A stretch of 64,000 nucleotides of DNA, taken from the human T2T-CHM13v2.0 reference genome, Homo sapiens. Each line of letters starts with the position of its first letter. The first letter of the stretch is position 1. The stretch lies in NCBI RefSeq assembly GCF_009914755.1, contig NC_060931.1, one strand, 5' to 3'. Shown here piece after piece: positions 46,420 through 60,460 of the stretch. The translations under genes and the position numbers were made by a program. The notes under the pieces are model-generated. The model was not told where the DNA came from and made no database searches. It saw nothing but the letters and a program-made list of their open reading frames with translations.

Positions 46420-48265
46420 TGATAATCAGCTCTGCTACAAAAAATACATAAGTTTCTGGTTTTACCTCAAGGAGTTCATGTTGTCATCAGAAAATTAGAT
46501 ACAGTAATCAAATAATTGCAAAATGGTGTGAAAAATACAAAAACAGATGTCTATTTAGAAGTACTAAGTGAGCACAATGAAGCCAACCATTTTACTTGGG
46601 GATTCTAAATAAGAAGATGGCATTTGGGAAAGAGTAAATGTGACATGGAATAAATAAAGGGAATCTGAGGCAGAGAAAACAATTCAGGCAAAGGCATGGA
46701 GGCTCTTAAGCTTGCATTGTTTCCTAGGGAACAGCAAGAGTTACAGCGACTAGATTGAAGGGAGAAGCCGAAATCCATTTTGGGGTCAGCTTCAGCTGAA
46801 CTAGTAGGGCATGCTAAAGGATTGGGTTATATGCTACGCATAACAGAACAAAGGACATTGTAGAAATGAGTGTGGCATAAGTACTCTTGAAATCTCACTC
46901 AGTACTAATGAGGTTTACATATTAAATAGAAGTCTTTTAGGGTATCTAAGCACAAGTCATCTATCAAAAGTTGTAGGGCTGTTGTGGAGAGTACCCACAG
47001 TTCCCCCATGTCTATTATTCCCTTCTTCCTGTAGCAGTAGATTCATTTATTCATAGAATCCCTGCCTTCCTAGAACAAATAAACTGAAATTAGAGAGATG
47101 ATGGTAGCTGAGACAGAACCCAAAACCTTCTCAGTCCTAAAGCACAAATGGTTTGCCAGTTCATTGTTTTTTGACTTTTACCTCCTAAGAGTTGCCCTCC
47201 ATATGGTACCTCATAGTAACAATATGATTCATCTTTTAATTATTTGATTCTTTATTTTGGTTAGTCATTTTGGTTTAAATGTCATTTTGGTTAAAGATTT
47301 CCAGTCAAAAAATATTTCTATTTATGTGAAAATATTAAAATAGAAAATTTATATTAATACTTATATAGAGATATTATCTCTATACAATATCTATTATTTC
47401 CATTACAAGGGGAAACATAGTCTAAAGATAGTTTATCTTTCATTAAGAGTTGAAGTATTAATTTAAAGATATCATAGAGAAACTTCTGCAATTTTGTTTC
47501 TTTTATAACATTGGTAGTTAAAATAATTTTTAAGTTTCTATTTAGTTCTATTATTCTTTGAGGTTATTAATGACCTATATATTTATATTTGTAAATATGT
47601 GTATACATTATATGTCAACATAAAATTGAATTGACTGAATACCATCACCTACTTTATTTCCTTCCCATTGTTATTAATTCATCCATTCATTTAAACATAT
47701 TTACTTAGCATTATTCTATACTAGGTACCTTTTCATATATTGAAGAAGGAGCAGTGAACAGAATAAAATATTTGCCCATATGCAGTTCTAATAGAAGAAA
47801 CAGACAAAAAAGTAAATACACAAATATATTATATAACACAATTTATAGTAGTGGTAAGTATTGTGAAAACAATTAAAATTGGAATTAGAGAATCAACCTT
47901 GCATGGGAGGGAGGGCTATTTCAAATTGGGTGGTCAAGTAAGAGTTCTCTGTTATGCTAACATTTTTACGGTACTCTAAGTAGACTGGTTTCGATGTTTT
48001 TAAGATACCTATGACAGCAAGAGAGAAGAAAGGGACACTAACAGCATTCTGAAAGTGATTATAATGCCAAACTATGGAAAAAAGAAGGCAAAGAAGAAAA
48101 TTTAGAAGCTCCTGGGGAGGCGAGGAGATTGATAATGAAAAAGTGGATGGGGCAATAGATGTGAGATCTGAGAATTATTAGAGCATTGATAGGGAGGTGC
48201 TGGACAGTGTAGACTAGTTGAACTCAAGATTTCAGAGGTATTGCTATTGTTATTAACGTAAGAAG
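46420..48265 (-). mobile_element. L2 fragments (two patches, ~46420-46900 and ~47675-48265)
   Basis: L2 tail 'attcatccattcatttaaacatatttacttagc'; 'ggcagagaaaacaattcaggcaaaggcatggagg'. Confidence 0.55.
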
Positions 48266-48506
48266 TGATAGAGACTACTCACATTTCCCCAAAGTCCATT
48301 ATCTCTTTTTTGCAGCACAGACTCACTCAAATTTCATCTAGGTATATGAATGCCAAGCTACAAACTATATTTTTCAGCCGTCCCTGAAGCTATATGTGGC
48401 TATAGAAGTGATGGTTGCTGCATTTAGATCATCTCTATAAGGGAAAGCTATTTTCCCTGGACTCCCTACACTGTCCCTCTCAAACAATAAATTCCCATAG
48501 TCTATA

Positions 48507-51500
48507 CAAGCATAAGTCAGAGGTATTACAGGCTTGACCACAGACCACTGCAATAAAGCAAATATTACAATAAAGCAAGACAAACAAATTTTTGGTTTTC
48601 TAGTACATATAAAAATTATGTTTACACTATGGTATAATCTATTAAGCATGCAATAGTATTATGTCTAAAAAATATACATACTTTAAAATCCCTTTTTGCT
48701 AAAAAAAAAAAAAAGTTAATGATCATCTGAGCCTTCAGCAAATCTTAATCTTTTTGCTGGTATAGGGTCTTGCCTTGATGTGGATGGCTGTTGATTGATC
48801 AGGGTGGTGGTTGCTGGAAACTGTAGTGGCTGCACCAATTTTTACAAACAGGACAGCAATAAAGTTTACCATATTGATTGACTCTTCCTTTCGTGAAAGA
48901 GTTCTCTGTAGCATGCCATGCTGTTGGATGGCATCTCACTCACAGTGCAACTTCTTTCAAAATTATTCAGTCCTCTCAAACACTGCCACAGTGTTATCAA
49001 CTAAGTTTATGTAATATTCTAAATTCTTTGTTGTCATTTCAACAGTATTCACAGCATCTTCACCAGAAGCAGATGCCATCCAAAGAAACAATTTTTTTTG
49101 TTCTTTCCTAAGAGGGAACTCATCATCCATTCCATTTTTATCATGAGATTACAGAAATTCAAGTCCCATCTTCAGGCTCTACTTCTAATTATCTTGCCAT
49201 ATCCACTACATAATGTAGTTACTTCCTCCACCGAAGTCTTGAATCCCATCACGTGATCCATGAGGTTTGGAATTAACTTTTTCCAAATTCTTGCCAATAT
49301 TGTTATTTTTACCTTCCCCACTGAATTACAAATGTTCTTAATGTCATCTAGAATGGTGAATGCTTTCCATGAGGTTTGCAGTTTACTTTCTCCAGATCCA
49401 TCAGAGGAATTACTACCTACGGCAAGTATGACCTTATAAAATGTGTTTCTCAAATAAGACAACTCAAAAGTAGAAATTATTCCTTGATCCATGGGTTGCG
49501 AAATGGATGTTGTGTTAGTAGGCATAAAATAACATTGATCTTCTTGTACATCTCCATCAGAGCTCTTGGGTGATGAGGTCACTGTCAGTGAGCTGTATAT
49601 TTAGAAAAGAATGTTGGTTGGTTTGTTTGTTTGTTTCTGAGCAATAGAGCTCAACAGTGGGCTTAAAATAATGATTAAACCATACTAGAAACACATGTGT
49701 TGCTCTTCAAGCTTTGTTGTTCCACTTATAGAGCATAGGCCAATTTGAATTAGCATAATTTGTAAGGCTCTTAGGATTTTTGGAATGGTAAGTGAGTGCT
49801 GGTTTCAATTTAATGGCACCAGCTGCTTTATTCTCTGATAACCCTCAGCCTGTCCTTTGAAGTTTTGAAACGAGGCACTGACTTCTGCTTTCTAACTAGG
49901 AAAGTCCTAGATGGTGTCTTATTCCAGTAGAAGGCTTCTTTTGTCTACATTGAAACTCCATTGTTTAGTGTAGCCACTTTTATCAATGATCTTGGCTAGA
50001 TCTTCTTGATAACTTGCAGCTTCTATACCAGCATTTGCTGCTTCATCTTGCACTTTTTAAAAAATTCTTAATTTTAATTTTTGTGGGTACTTAATAGGTA
50101 TATATATATGGGGTACATGAGATATTTTGACACAGGCATTCAATGAGTAATAATCACTTCATGAAAAATGGGATATTCATCTCCTCAAGCATTTATCTTT
50201 TATGTTACAAACAATCCATTTATACTATTTTGGTATCTTAAAATGTACAATTAAATTGTTATTGACTACAGTCACCCCATTGTGCTATCAAATGCTAGGT
50301 TTTATTCATTCTTTCTATTTTTCTGTATCCATTAACCATCCCCACCTCCCCACTGTCCTTACCCTTCCCAGCCTCTGGTAACCATCGTTCTACTCTCTAT
50401 CTCTATGAGTTCAATTATTTTGATTTTTAAATCCTACAAATGAGTGAGAATGTGAAGTGTGTCTTTCTGTGCCTGGCTTATTTCACTTAACATAACAATC
50501 TCCAATTTCATTCATGCTATTGCATGACAGGATCTCATTGCTTTTTATGGCTGAATAGTATTCTATTGTGTATATGTACCATATTTTTTAATTCATTCAT
50601 CTGTCGATGGACACCTAGGTTGCTTCCAAATCCTAGCTATTGTGAACAGTGCTGCAAAAAACATAGGAGTGCAGGTATCTCTTTGATATACTGATTTTCT
50701 TTCTTTTGTGTATATACCCAGGAGTGGGATTGCTGGATCATATGGTAGCTCAATTTTTAGTTTTTTGAGGAACTTCCAAACTGTTCTCCATAGTGGTTGT
50801 ACTAATTCATATTCCCACTAACAGTGTGTAAGAATTCCCTTTACTCTACATCGTTACCAGTATTTGTTATTGCCTGTCTTTTGGCTAAAAGCCATTTTAA
50901 CTGGGGTGAGATAAGATCTTACTGCAGTTTTGATTTGCATTTTCTTGATGATTAATGATGTTGAACATCTTTTCATATACCTGCTTGCCATTTGTATGTC
51001 TTCTTTTGAAAAACCCCTATTCAAATCTTTTGCCCATTTTTTTATTTGATTACTGGATTTTTTTCCTGTAGAATTATTTGGGCTCCTCATATAGTCTAGC
51101 TATTAATCCCTTGTCAGACGGGAAGTTTGCAAATATTTTTCCCATTTTGTGGGTTGTCTCTTCACTTTGTTGATTGTTTCCTTTGCTGTGCATAAGCATT
51201 TTAACATGATGTGATCCTATTTGTCTATTTATGCTTTGATTACCTGTGCTTGTGGGGTATTACTCAAGAAATATTTGCCCTGACCAATGTCCTGGAGTTT
51301 CCCCAATGTTTTATTGTAGTAGTTTCATGGATTGAGTTCTTAGATTTAAGCCTTTAATCCACTTTGACATGATTTTTTTATATGGCAACGATAGGGGTCT
51401 AGTTCTTCTGCATATCGATATCCAGTTTTCCCAGCACCATTTATTGAACAGACTGTCTTTTTTTCAGTGTATGTTCTTAGCACCTTTGTCAAAAATGTGT

Positions 51501-53387
51501 TCATTGTAGGTGCACGGATTTGTTTCTGGGCTCTCTATTCTGTTCCACTGGTCTATGTGTCTGTTTTTATGTCAGTAACATGCTGTTTTGGTTACTGTAG
51601 CTCTGCAGTATAATTTGAAGTCAGGTACTGTGATTTCTCCAGTTTTCTTCTTTTGGCTAAGGATAGTTTTGGCTATTCTCGGTCTTTTGTGGTTCTATAT
51701 AAGTTTTATGTTTTTTTCTATTTCTCTAAAGAATGTCATTGGTATTTTTATAGGAATTGCATTGAATCTGTAGATTGCTTTGGGTAGTATGGACATTTTA
51801 ACAACATTGATTCTTCCAGTTCATACACATGGAATACTGTTCCTTTTTGTGTGTGTCCTCTTCAATTTCTTTAATCAGTGTTCTATAGGTTTTCTCGTAG
51901 AGATTTTTCACTTCTTTGGTCAAGTTAATTTCTAGATATTTAAATTTATTTGTAGCTATTGTAAGTGGGATTACTTTTTAAATTTTTTTAGATCACTGTT
52001 GGCATATAGAAATACTAGTAAATTTTGTATGTTGATTTTATATCCTACAAATGTACAGAATTTGTTTATCAGTTCTAATACTTTTTTGGTAGAGATTTTT
52101 CCAAATATAAGATCATATCATCTGCAAACAAGATTTTAATTCTTCCTTTCCAGTTTGGATGTTGTTTATTTTTTTCTCTTGTCTGATTGCTCTAGTTAAG
52201 ACTTGCAGTACTATGTTAAACAACAGCAGTGAAAGTGAGAATTCTTGTCATGTTCCAAATCTCAGAGGAAGACATTCCATTTTAGCTCCATTCAGTATGA
52301 TATGAGCTATGGGTCTGTCATACATAGCTTTTATTATGTTGAGGTATATTTCTTCTATACCCAGTATTTTTAGGGTTTTTATTGTGAAAGGGTGTTGAAT
52401 TTTATTAAATGCTTTTTTTAGCATCATTTGAAATTATTATACAGTTTTTATCCTTCATTCTGTTAATATGATGTGTTACATTGATCAATCTGCACATGTC
52501 GAACCATCTTTGCATCCCTGGGATAAATCCCATCCTGCAGTTTTATGTTATGAAGATGGTTTCTTTCCTTAAATTTCATGAACTTCTTCTGCAGCTTCTT
52601 CACCTGTTTTAAACTTCCTAGATCTGAAGAGAATTAGGGATTTTCACTGAATTAAGCTTTGGCTTAAGGAAATGTTGTGGCTAATGTGATCTTCTATCCA
52701 GATCACCCAAACACTCTTCATATCAGCAGTAAGGCTGTTTCATGTTCGTATCATCCACGTGTTCATTGGAGTAGCACTTTTAATTTCCTTCAAGCAGTTT
52801 TCCTTTGCATTTACAACTTGGCTAACTGTTTGGCTCAGGAGGCCCAGTTTTTAGCCTTTCATGGCTTTCAACATGCCTTCCTCACTAAATTTCATCATTT
52901 GTAGCTTTTAACTGAAAGTAAGAGACTGCTACTCTTCCTTTCACTTAAACACTTAGAGGCCATTGTAGAGTTATTAACTGGCACAATTTCAATATTATTG
53001 TGCCTCAGCCAATATGTAGGCCCAAAGAGAGGAAGAAAGTACAAGGAATGGCCAGTCACTGGAGCAGTCAGAACACACAAAATATTTATCAGTTAAGTTC
53101 ACTGTTTTATATGGGCACGGTTTGTGGCTCCCCAGAACAATGACAATAGTAATGCCAAAGATCACTGATCACAGATCACCATAATAGATATAATAAGAAT
53201 GAAAAATTTTGACATATTTGAGAATTACCAAAATGTGACACAGAGGTGTGAAGTGAGTACGTGCTATTGTAAAAATGATGCCAAAAGACTTAACTCAATG
53301 CAGGGTTGAGATACACCTTCGATTTGTTAGAATTGCAACATCTTCAAAGCATAATAAAGTGAACCACTATAAAGGGAGGTAAGCCTA
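48507..53387 (-). mobile_element. Full-length Tigger1 DNA transposon (about 2.4 kb net), interrupted by an L1
   Basis: Both Tigger1 termini present with TA TSDs; transposase remnant ORF 49172-49582 (FMPTNTTSISQPMDQGII). Confidence 0.9.
50058..52530 (-). mobile_element. 5'-truncated L1MA2-like element inside Tigger1
   Basis: L1MA2-type 3' end; TSD catcttgcactttt (50044-50057) / catcctgcagtttt (52531-52544). Confidence 0.88.
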
Positions 53388-53599
53388 TAGTACAGGCAAG
53401 TGAGATACAACTATACATCCCCCTACGGAATGGCATAATGACACCATGGAGAAACCTGGGTCTCTGAATTAATTACTGGACAGAACTATCTTTTCAAACT
53501 AGATTTTATACGTCTAAACTATTATGTGATAAAGAAAGAATAACTTCTTTTTAAACACTGAAGGTTGTGGTTGTTTTGACATGTTAGCTTCTACGAGGT

Positions 53600-53778
53600 A
53601 TCAAAACACCTTAGTAAGCAAGCTGTGATCCAGGGAGCAGCAGCATTGGTACCACCGGTATCTTGTTAGAGATGCAGACTTTAATACTTCACTCCAAACT
53701 TTTACCAAATCAGCCTAAATTTTTAAAACGTGTCACAGGTGACTTTTATCCACATTAAAGTTTTGGAAGTATTGCCTT
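53600..53778. mobile_element. MER5A-like element
   Basis: 'cagcagcattggtaccacc...cttgttagagatgcaga...cacattaaagttttggaagtattg'. Confidence 0.65.
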
Positions 53779-54009
53779 AATGCACGAAGTCTGATCATAG
53801 AAATCTAATTCTCTGGGTCTAGGTACTTTCAAGGCCATAGGGGTTAAGGTTGGGTGGATGAAAAAAAATACTAAAATTAGGGGTACCAATTAAATGAGAG
53901 TCTGGGTATTACAAATATATCTATGTGGTGGTTGAAGCAAGCTAGAATGATGAGAGGAAAATACTTGGGAGAAACAGTGATCCAGAACCAAAATATTCGG
54001 TTAGGAGAG

Positions 54010-54660
54010 TGTGATTGATAATTTTATGTGTAAACTTGTGTAGACCATGGGGTGCTCAGACATTTGGTCAGATTTTATTCTGTGATGGCATTTCTGGATA
54101 AGGTTGGAATTGAATTGTTAAACTGAGTAAAACAGATTATTCTACCCAATGTGGGTGAGCCTCATCCAGTTCTTTGAAAACGTGAATAGAACAAAAGGCA
54201 ACATAATGGAGAATTTGCTCTCTCTTTCTGCCTGATGATTTGAGCTAATTATTTGTCATTTCACGCCCTCAGACTGGAACTTAAATCAGCTCTCCTGGTT
54301 TTCAGGCTGTGGACATGGACTGGAACTACCCCCATTGACTTTCCTGGGTCACCACCAGCTTGCAAGTAACAGATCATTGATTTTCTCATCCTCCATAATT
54401 GCATGAACTAATACCTTATATTAAATATCTCATAGATATGTATATATGTGTGTATATATGTATGTGAATATATATACATGTATATACACACACCCTATAT
54501 ATATGTACACACATATACATACATATATCTATAATTACATAATATATTTTCATATATATTATAATATATATATTATATATGCCTGGAATATATATACACA
54601 CATATATACATACATATAATTACATAGTCATACCGGTTCTGTTTCTTTGGAAAACATTGA
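54010..54660 (+). mobile_element. MLT2 (B/C/D-like) 5' LTR of an ERV-L provirus, with internal TA-rich expansion (54416-54625)
   Basis: 'tgtgattgataattttatgtgtaaacttg...ggttctgtttctttggaaaac'; directly followed by the ERV-L leader. Confidence 0.85.
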
Positions 54661-57480
54661 TTTAGTACTGAGAATGATTATAAAGCAGTGGTCCTGACCT
54701 TTTTGGCACCAGGAACTGGTTTTGTAGAAAACAATTTTTCCATGGATGGGGGCAGGGGGATGGTTTGAGGATGATTCAAGCACATTACATTTATTGTGCA
54801 CTTTATTTCTATTATTATTACATTGTATTACAGAATGAAGTAATTATACAACTCACCATAATGTAGAATCAGTGGGATCCCTGAACTTGTTTTCCTGGAA
54901 CTAAATGGTTCCATCTGAGGATGATGGGAGATAGTGACAGATCATCAGGCATTAGATTCTCATAAGGAGTGTGCAACACAGGTTCCTCACATTCACAGTT
55001 CCCAATAAGGTTTGTCCTCCTATGAGAATCTAATGCTTCCTCTGATCTAACAGGAGGTGAGCTCAGGCAGTATTGTGAGCAATGGGAAGTGGCTGTAAAT
55101 ACAGACGAAGCTCCCCTGGCTCACCTGCCTCTCACCTCCTGCTGTGCTGCCCAGTTCCTAATAGGCCACGGGGACCCTTGTTCTAGAGGAACAGAATTTT
55201 AAAAATGAGTTTTCTGAATTGGTTCTGGAATTTCTGAAATTGGCTCTCCAACGTGATTAAAGACGCTAATGATTTTATTTTTAGTAGTAAAGAGAGTACT
55301 GATAGTCTATGGCATGAATTGGTAATAGAGACACGCAAACTATCTGCATTGGATACAATACTTCTAATCAGCAACTTATAAGAAAAAAGGAACTGAGTTC
55401 TGAGTACTTTTGAATATTTATAGAAAGCTATAAAATGTATTGACATTGGCTAGTTGCATCTAACTTCACTGGTCAAAGTGGTGAAAGAAAAAAATGAGCT
55501 CAGAAATTTGAATTCACAGCTTAAGCAACACACACATGCCCTGAAAGCATTTATATGTGCCCTGAAAGAGACCCTTATCACCCATATTTGCAGGGTTGAG
55601 ATTGCTTAAAATCCAGTGTCAACTCTTATCCTGTGACTGGCTGAATTAGAAGGCAAATTGAACTGCTAGTCTCATAGACTGTCTACCATTCAAGTATGGG
55701 CATTTATTAGGAAAGAATGGAATCCTATGAGTTGGAATAGGGATGTATGGGAATACTCTGATGAATCGAGGGACATTGAGCTCCTAAATTTTGATGAGGC
55801 TTCTTTGCTAGAGGAAGAGGCTTCTCAACCTTCTGTGGAAGAAGCCTCCCTAATCCCCAGTAGAATCAGGCTCCCCACCAGCAGGCATTCTCATACCTAG
55901 TGGTATCAGCCTCTCCACTGAACTAGTGGAATTAATCTGCCTTGCCTGAGGAAACTATAATGGCCTTCCCTGTGGCAGTTGTCATCTAAGACAATGCTTA
56001 TTCTCAGGACCCATTTCTGACACCCCATTCAACTTCCTATTTAGCCTGTGTAGAAGCCAGACAGATCTTGGGGTATGACAGCAAGTTATCATATGTTTAT
56101 TATAAGTGATGACTCCAATTGTAGCTGCTGTAACAGATGTGGCTTTATTGCTTGAGCAAATTAGCAAATCTTGTACTTGGTATATAGCTATTGAAATGGC
56201 AAAACCTTTTTCTCCATTCCTGGCAATAAGGACCACCAGAATCAGTCTGTTTTCAGTTGGCAAGGGTAGCAATACACCTTCATTGTCCTGCCTCAGAGAT
56301 ATATCAAGTCTCCAGTCCTATGTCATAATTTAGTTTGCAGGCATCTCAATCACCTTTCCCTTCCACAAAATATCACATGGTCCATAACACTGATGGTATT
56401 ATGCTGACTGGGCCTAGTGAGCAAGAAATGGCAACAACTCTAGACTTATCAGTAAGACTTTTTGTGTCAGAGGGTGGGAAACAAAAGCTCAGAGGCCATG
56501 GTACAATTTCAAGAAGTTCAGTGGTATGGGACATGACAAAAATATCTCTCAGAGGTGAAAGATAAGTTGTTACATCTGCTCCCTCCTGCAATCAAGAAAA
56601 AGGCTAAATGTCTAGGGGGTCTCTTTTTATTTGCGGGACAAAATATTTCTTATTCAGTTGTGTTTCTCTGGACTGTATCTAGTGATCCAAAAAGCTGCTA
56701 GTATTAAGTGGTGCCCAGAACAAAAAAGGGCTCTGTAGCAGATCCAGGCTGTTATGCAAGCTGCTCTGTCACTTGGGCCATATGGTGTTTCATGTGACAA
56801 GGGCAGATAGGAATGCTATTTGAAGCCTTTGATAGGTCTCTATAGGTGAATGCAATTAAGCTCTCAAGATTTGAGAGCAAAGCCCTGGCATCCTTTGCAG
56901 AAAACTACTCCTGTTTTTAGTAACAGCTCTTGTTCTACTACTAGGCATTAGTAGAGCATATTTAGCTATGGACCACCAAGTTACCGTGTGACTCGAGCTG
57001 CCTATCATGTTCTGGGTATTATCTGACCTACCAATCCATAAGACTGGGCACGACCAGCAGCACTCTATCATTAAACGTAAGTGGTATATACATGATTGGG
57101 CCTGAGCAGGCCCTGAAGACACAAGTAAGTTACATGAAAATGTGGCCCAAATTTCACAGCTCCCAATCTTGCCACACTGCCTTCTGTCTCCCAGCCCACA
57201 CCTCTGGGCTCATGGAAATTTCCCTATAACCAGTTGGCAGAGAAAGAGAACTTGGGCCGGCTTTACAGATGGTTCTGCATGATATGTAGGCACTACTTGG
57301 CAGTGAACAGCTATAGCACTGCAGCCCCTTTCTGGGACATGGCTAAAGGACAGCTGTGAAGAGAAATCCTCCCAGTGCACAGAACTTTGAGCAGTAAACC
57401 TGGTTGCTCACTTGGTTTTGTAGGAAAAATGGCCAATTGTGCAATTATTTATGAACTATGGCCTCTGAGTTGGCTGGATG
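54661..57480 (+). mobile_element. ERV-L internal remnant (gag, RT and RNase H fragments; large deletions; no 3' LTR)
   Basis: Leader 'tttagtactgagaatg...ttctagaggaacagaa'; RT peptides TWYIAIEMA and LPQRYIKSP; decayed YIDD reading NTDGIML; KWYIHDW; FTDGSA. Confidence 0.88.
54686..55180. mobile_element. MER1A hAT-Charlie element inside the ERV-L leader
   Basis: MER1A-like sequence with 8-bp TSD ttataaag / ttctagag. Confidence 0.88.
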
Positions 57481-58674
57481 ACTAGTAACAGGGAGCTGCC
57501 AGTGATCAATGTCAGGAGTACTCGGAACATTGAAGACTTAAGGGAGGCTGAGAATTCCAGTGTTACCGGCAATTGGACTAACATTTGCCCAGCACTTGGT
57601 AAACATTGCTCTAAAAGACTACATAAGTACATTTGTATTATTCTTAAACAATATCAATTAATTATGTGTTATGATCTGTTCCTGAATAATTGCTGATAGC
57701 TGTTTTGCTCTATCATACATATATAAACACATCTTATAATTGTTCAGCAAGTAAGCTTTTAGAATATACTATAACATAAAGAATTTCATACATTTATGAA
57801 TGGATGGAGAAACATGTAAATATCCCAGACCACTTTGTTACTTTGCCAACTCTTTGAATTATGAATAGGTAATTTGGCAAGTATTTTCTTATATCATAAA
57901 AAATATATTTTGATTGGAAACTAAAAGCTATCACTCAACTTTGGCAAACGTAAGATGCCGTATAATTTACTACTCAGTTAAACTAACAACTTTGAGATAT
58001 TTATAATAATTGTGCCAAAGTCTTGACAGAACCATTTTACCCAGTACTTTCAACCTTTGTTTGTGTTTAGTCTCATACAGGAATTTTGCAGCAGATGGAT
58101 TTTTAAAGTCCATCTGCTTTAAAATTTTTTCATTATTGATTTTCCAATCTTCTTTAATATTTATGTGCTAACAAAAGCATGTTTCTGACCAAGGAAACTA
58201 AAGGCTTATATAATATATAAATTATAACATTAGATAAATCTTTTTCTTTTTTCATCTTAAATATTCTTAGTCTTCTGAACCTCACATAGGCCTTGCTTTC
58301 TGTAATTTAGAATATTCAGCTGAACAGATTTAGTGACAGAATAGAAAGCATTGAATTGTTGTTTTAAATACACTAAAAAATTGTTATTGAATTAATTATA
58401 TGGCTTGAATTTATAAAATACCACTCAAGGCAACAAAAAATTAAGTAATACTTCTAGTTTCTAATAAAATTTATTTTTAATTATTCCCCATTTGTTTATA
58501 AAAATATTCCCTCCATTATGCACTCTCATTATAATTTTATTGCCTCTCAGTTTAGAAAATGGTTTGATTCTTTTTCTTGACATCCCCAATACATACATTT
58601 ATTACAGTGAAACTACCGAGGCATCACAGTGGAATTTTCTATTTCTTTTATTCTCCATCTCGCTTCTCTTGCTA

Positions 58675-58720
58675 CATACACACACACACACACACACACA
58701 GAGAGAGAGACACACATACA
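58675..58720. repeat. (CA)n(GA)n microsatellite
   Basis: Seen directly. Confidence 0.9.
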
Positions 58721-58849
58721 CTTTCACTCTTTCACTCAACTAAAAACAGAAACAATCAGAAACAATAATTTTTTTGGAAAAATAAAAAAAATAAGATGAG
58801 ACCAAGGTTTATTTTTTTCTCCTTAATTCCCTGTTGCCTCTCCTTATAT

Positions 58850-59045
58850 GCAGTGTGGTTTGGGAAAATAAAACAAACAAAACAAAAACATGGGCTGAAG
58901 TCTCTGATAGATTTGGGTTCAACTTTCAGATATATTTTCAATGACATAGGCTTGGATACATTTAAAACTTTTTGGAATCTCAGTGTTCTCCTATGTAAAA
59001 TGAGAATATGTGGTGATTTCATCTATTGATGCTTGTGAAGAATTG
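58850..59045 (+). mobile_element. MIR
   Basis: MIR core 'tctcagtgttctcctatgtaaaatgagaat'. Confidence 0.65.
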
Positions 59046-59884
59046 TCTGAGGTTCTCAACTTTTATGCTACAGTCCTCCTAACTCACAAGAGTGTAAATG
59101 CACATGGACTTCTGAAAGGAGAGTTAAAAAATTATTTCAAAACTCAAAAATGTTTTTGAGGTTTTACGTTTTCCATCAATATTGAAGAAGAAAACCTTAA
59201 CATGTGGGGCCTCTCCGCTTTTCTGTCCGCTTTTTCTCACTTTATGATTATCCTCTTCTATGAGGAATAAAATAGCAGAATCGATGAAGAGTATTTTACT
59301 TGAAAAGTAATCAAAACAGAAGAAATATTATGCCACACCCTCACATGGAGGGCTGCACAATGAAGGATAAAAATGTTACAGGACACATATCATACACAAC
59401 TTTGAATGGTATGAAAGAGAGTATTGGTAGAGATGTACATCGTGGAAACATAGTGGGATGGACAAGAAGCTTTTTTGAATTTTCAACCCCTTGGAGATTT
59501 AAGATGCTAGAGAATAGGAAAGAAGCAAAACTATTAAGAGTTGTAATGTATCAACATTGTAATGTGGTATTGAGTTGTGATGTTTAAAACATTACTATAA
59601 GACTCAACCAGTGTCATAACTTTAAAAGCATAATAAAATGCTTATGTATATTGTGGCACACTCTATTATATAACCATGTTTATTTTAATATTAAGGTGAT
59701 ATTTATTCTTATAAGTATTTGTGGAAAATTGATATCACAAGAAGTTGAGCATGCTTATACTATGATTTCAAGGGTCTAGTATTCCTGTTGGTGAAACATT
59801 TAATTAGCTATCTTACCTGCTTAGCACAGTACTTGCCACAGTGTGGTGGATTAGTCTATACAAGCATCTATTCTAAGTCACATT

Positions 59885-60337
59885 TATGATGGTTAATTTT
59901 ATGTGTTACCTTGGCAGGGCCACAGTGCCCAGATACTTGGTCAAATATTATTCTGGATATTTCTATAAGGGTGTTTTCTAAGGAGATTAACATTTAAATC
60001 GGTGAAATTGAGTAGAGCAGATTGCCCTCCAGATGCAGGTGAGCCTCATCCAATCATTTGAAGGCCTGAATAGAAGAAAAAGACTGACCTCTCCTAACAT
60101 TTCTACAGCAGATGGCCTTCATACTTGAACTGCAACATCACCTCCTCCTGGATATCCATGCTGCCAGCTCACTCTGCAGATTTTGGACCTGCCAGCCTCC
60201 ATAGTCTCATGAGCGAATTCCTGAAAATAAATCTCTCTCTCTTCTTCTCTGTACACACCACACACACACACAAACACACACACGCACACACACACCCGCC
60301 ATTGGTTCTATTTCTCTGGAGAACCCTGACCAATACA
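59885..60337 (+). mobile_element. MLT2D-like solo LTR
   Basis: Complete LTR from 'tatgatggttaattttatgtg' to 'gaaccctgaccaataca'. Confidence 0.88.
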
Positions 60338-60460
60338 GCAATCAATGACAAAATCATTTACTATCCATTAGAAGACATTGATGCAGTGATCTCACCTAAT
60401 TTTAAACACAGAACTGGAGTGAAATTAAGAACTATTGAGCACAATGAAATTAAAATTGAA

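Larger units (their letters stand above)
48267..53600. mobile_element. LTR33-like element split by Tigger1 (48267-48506 and 53390-53600)
   Basis: LTR33/LTR16-like motifs 'tttcagccgtccctgaagctatatgtggc' and 'atggagaaacctgggtctctga'. Confidence 0.45.

Noticed and set aside
59885-60337. MLT2 LTR as the 3' LTR of the ERV-L at 54010-57480
   Set aside because: Its internal sequence differs from the 5' LTR, there is no PPT or integrase before it, and 2.4 kb of MIR-containing unrelated DNA intervenes.
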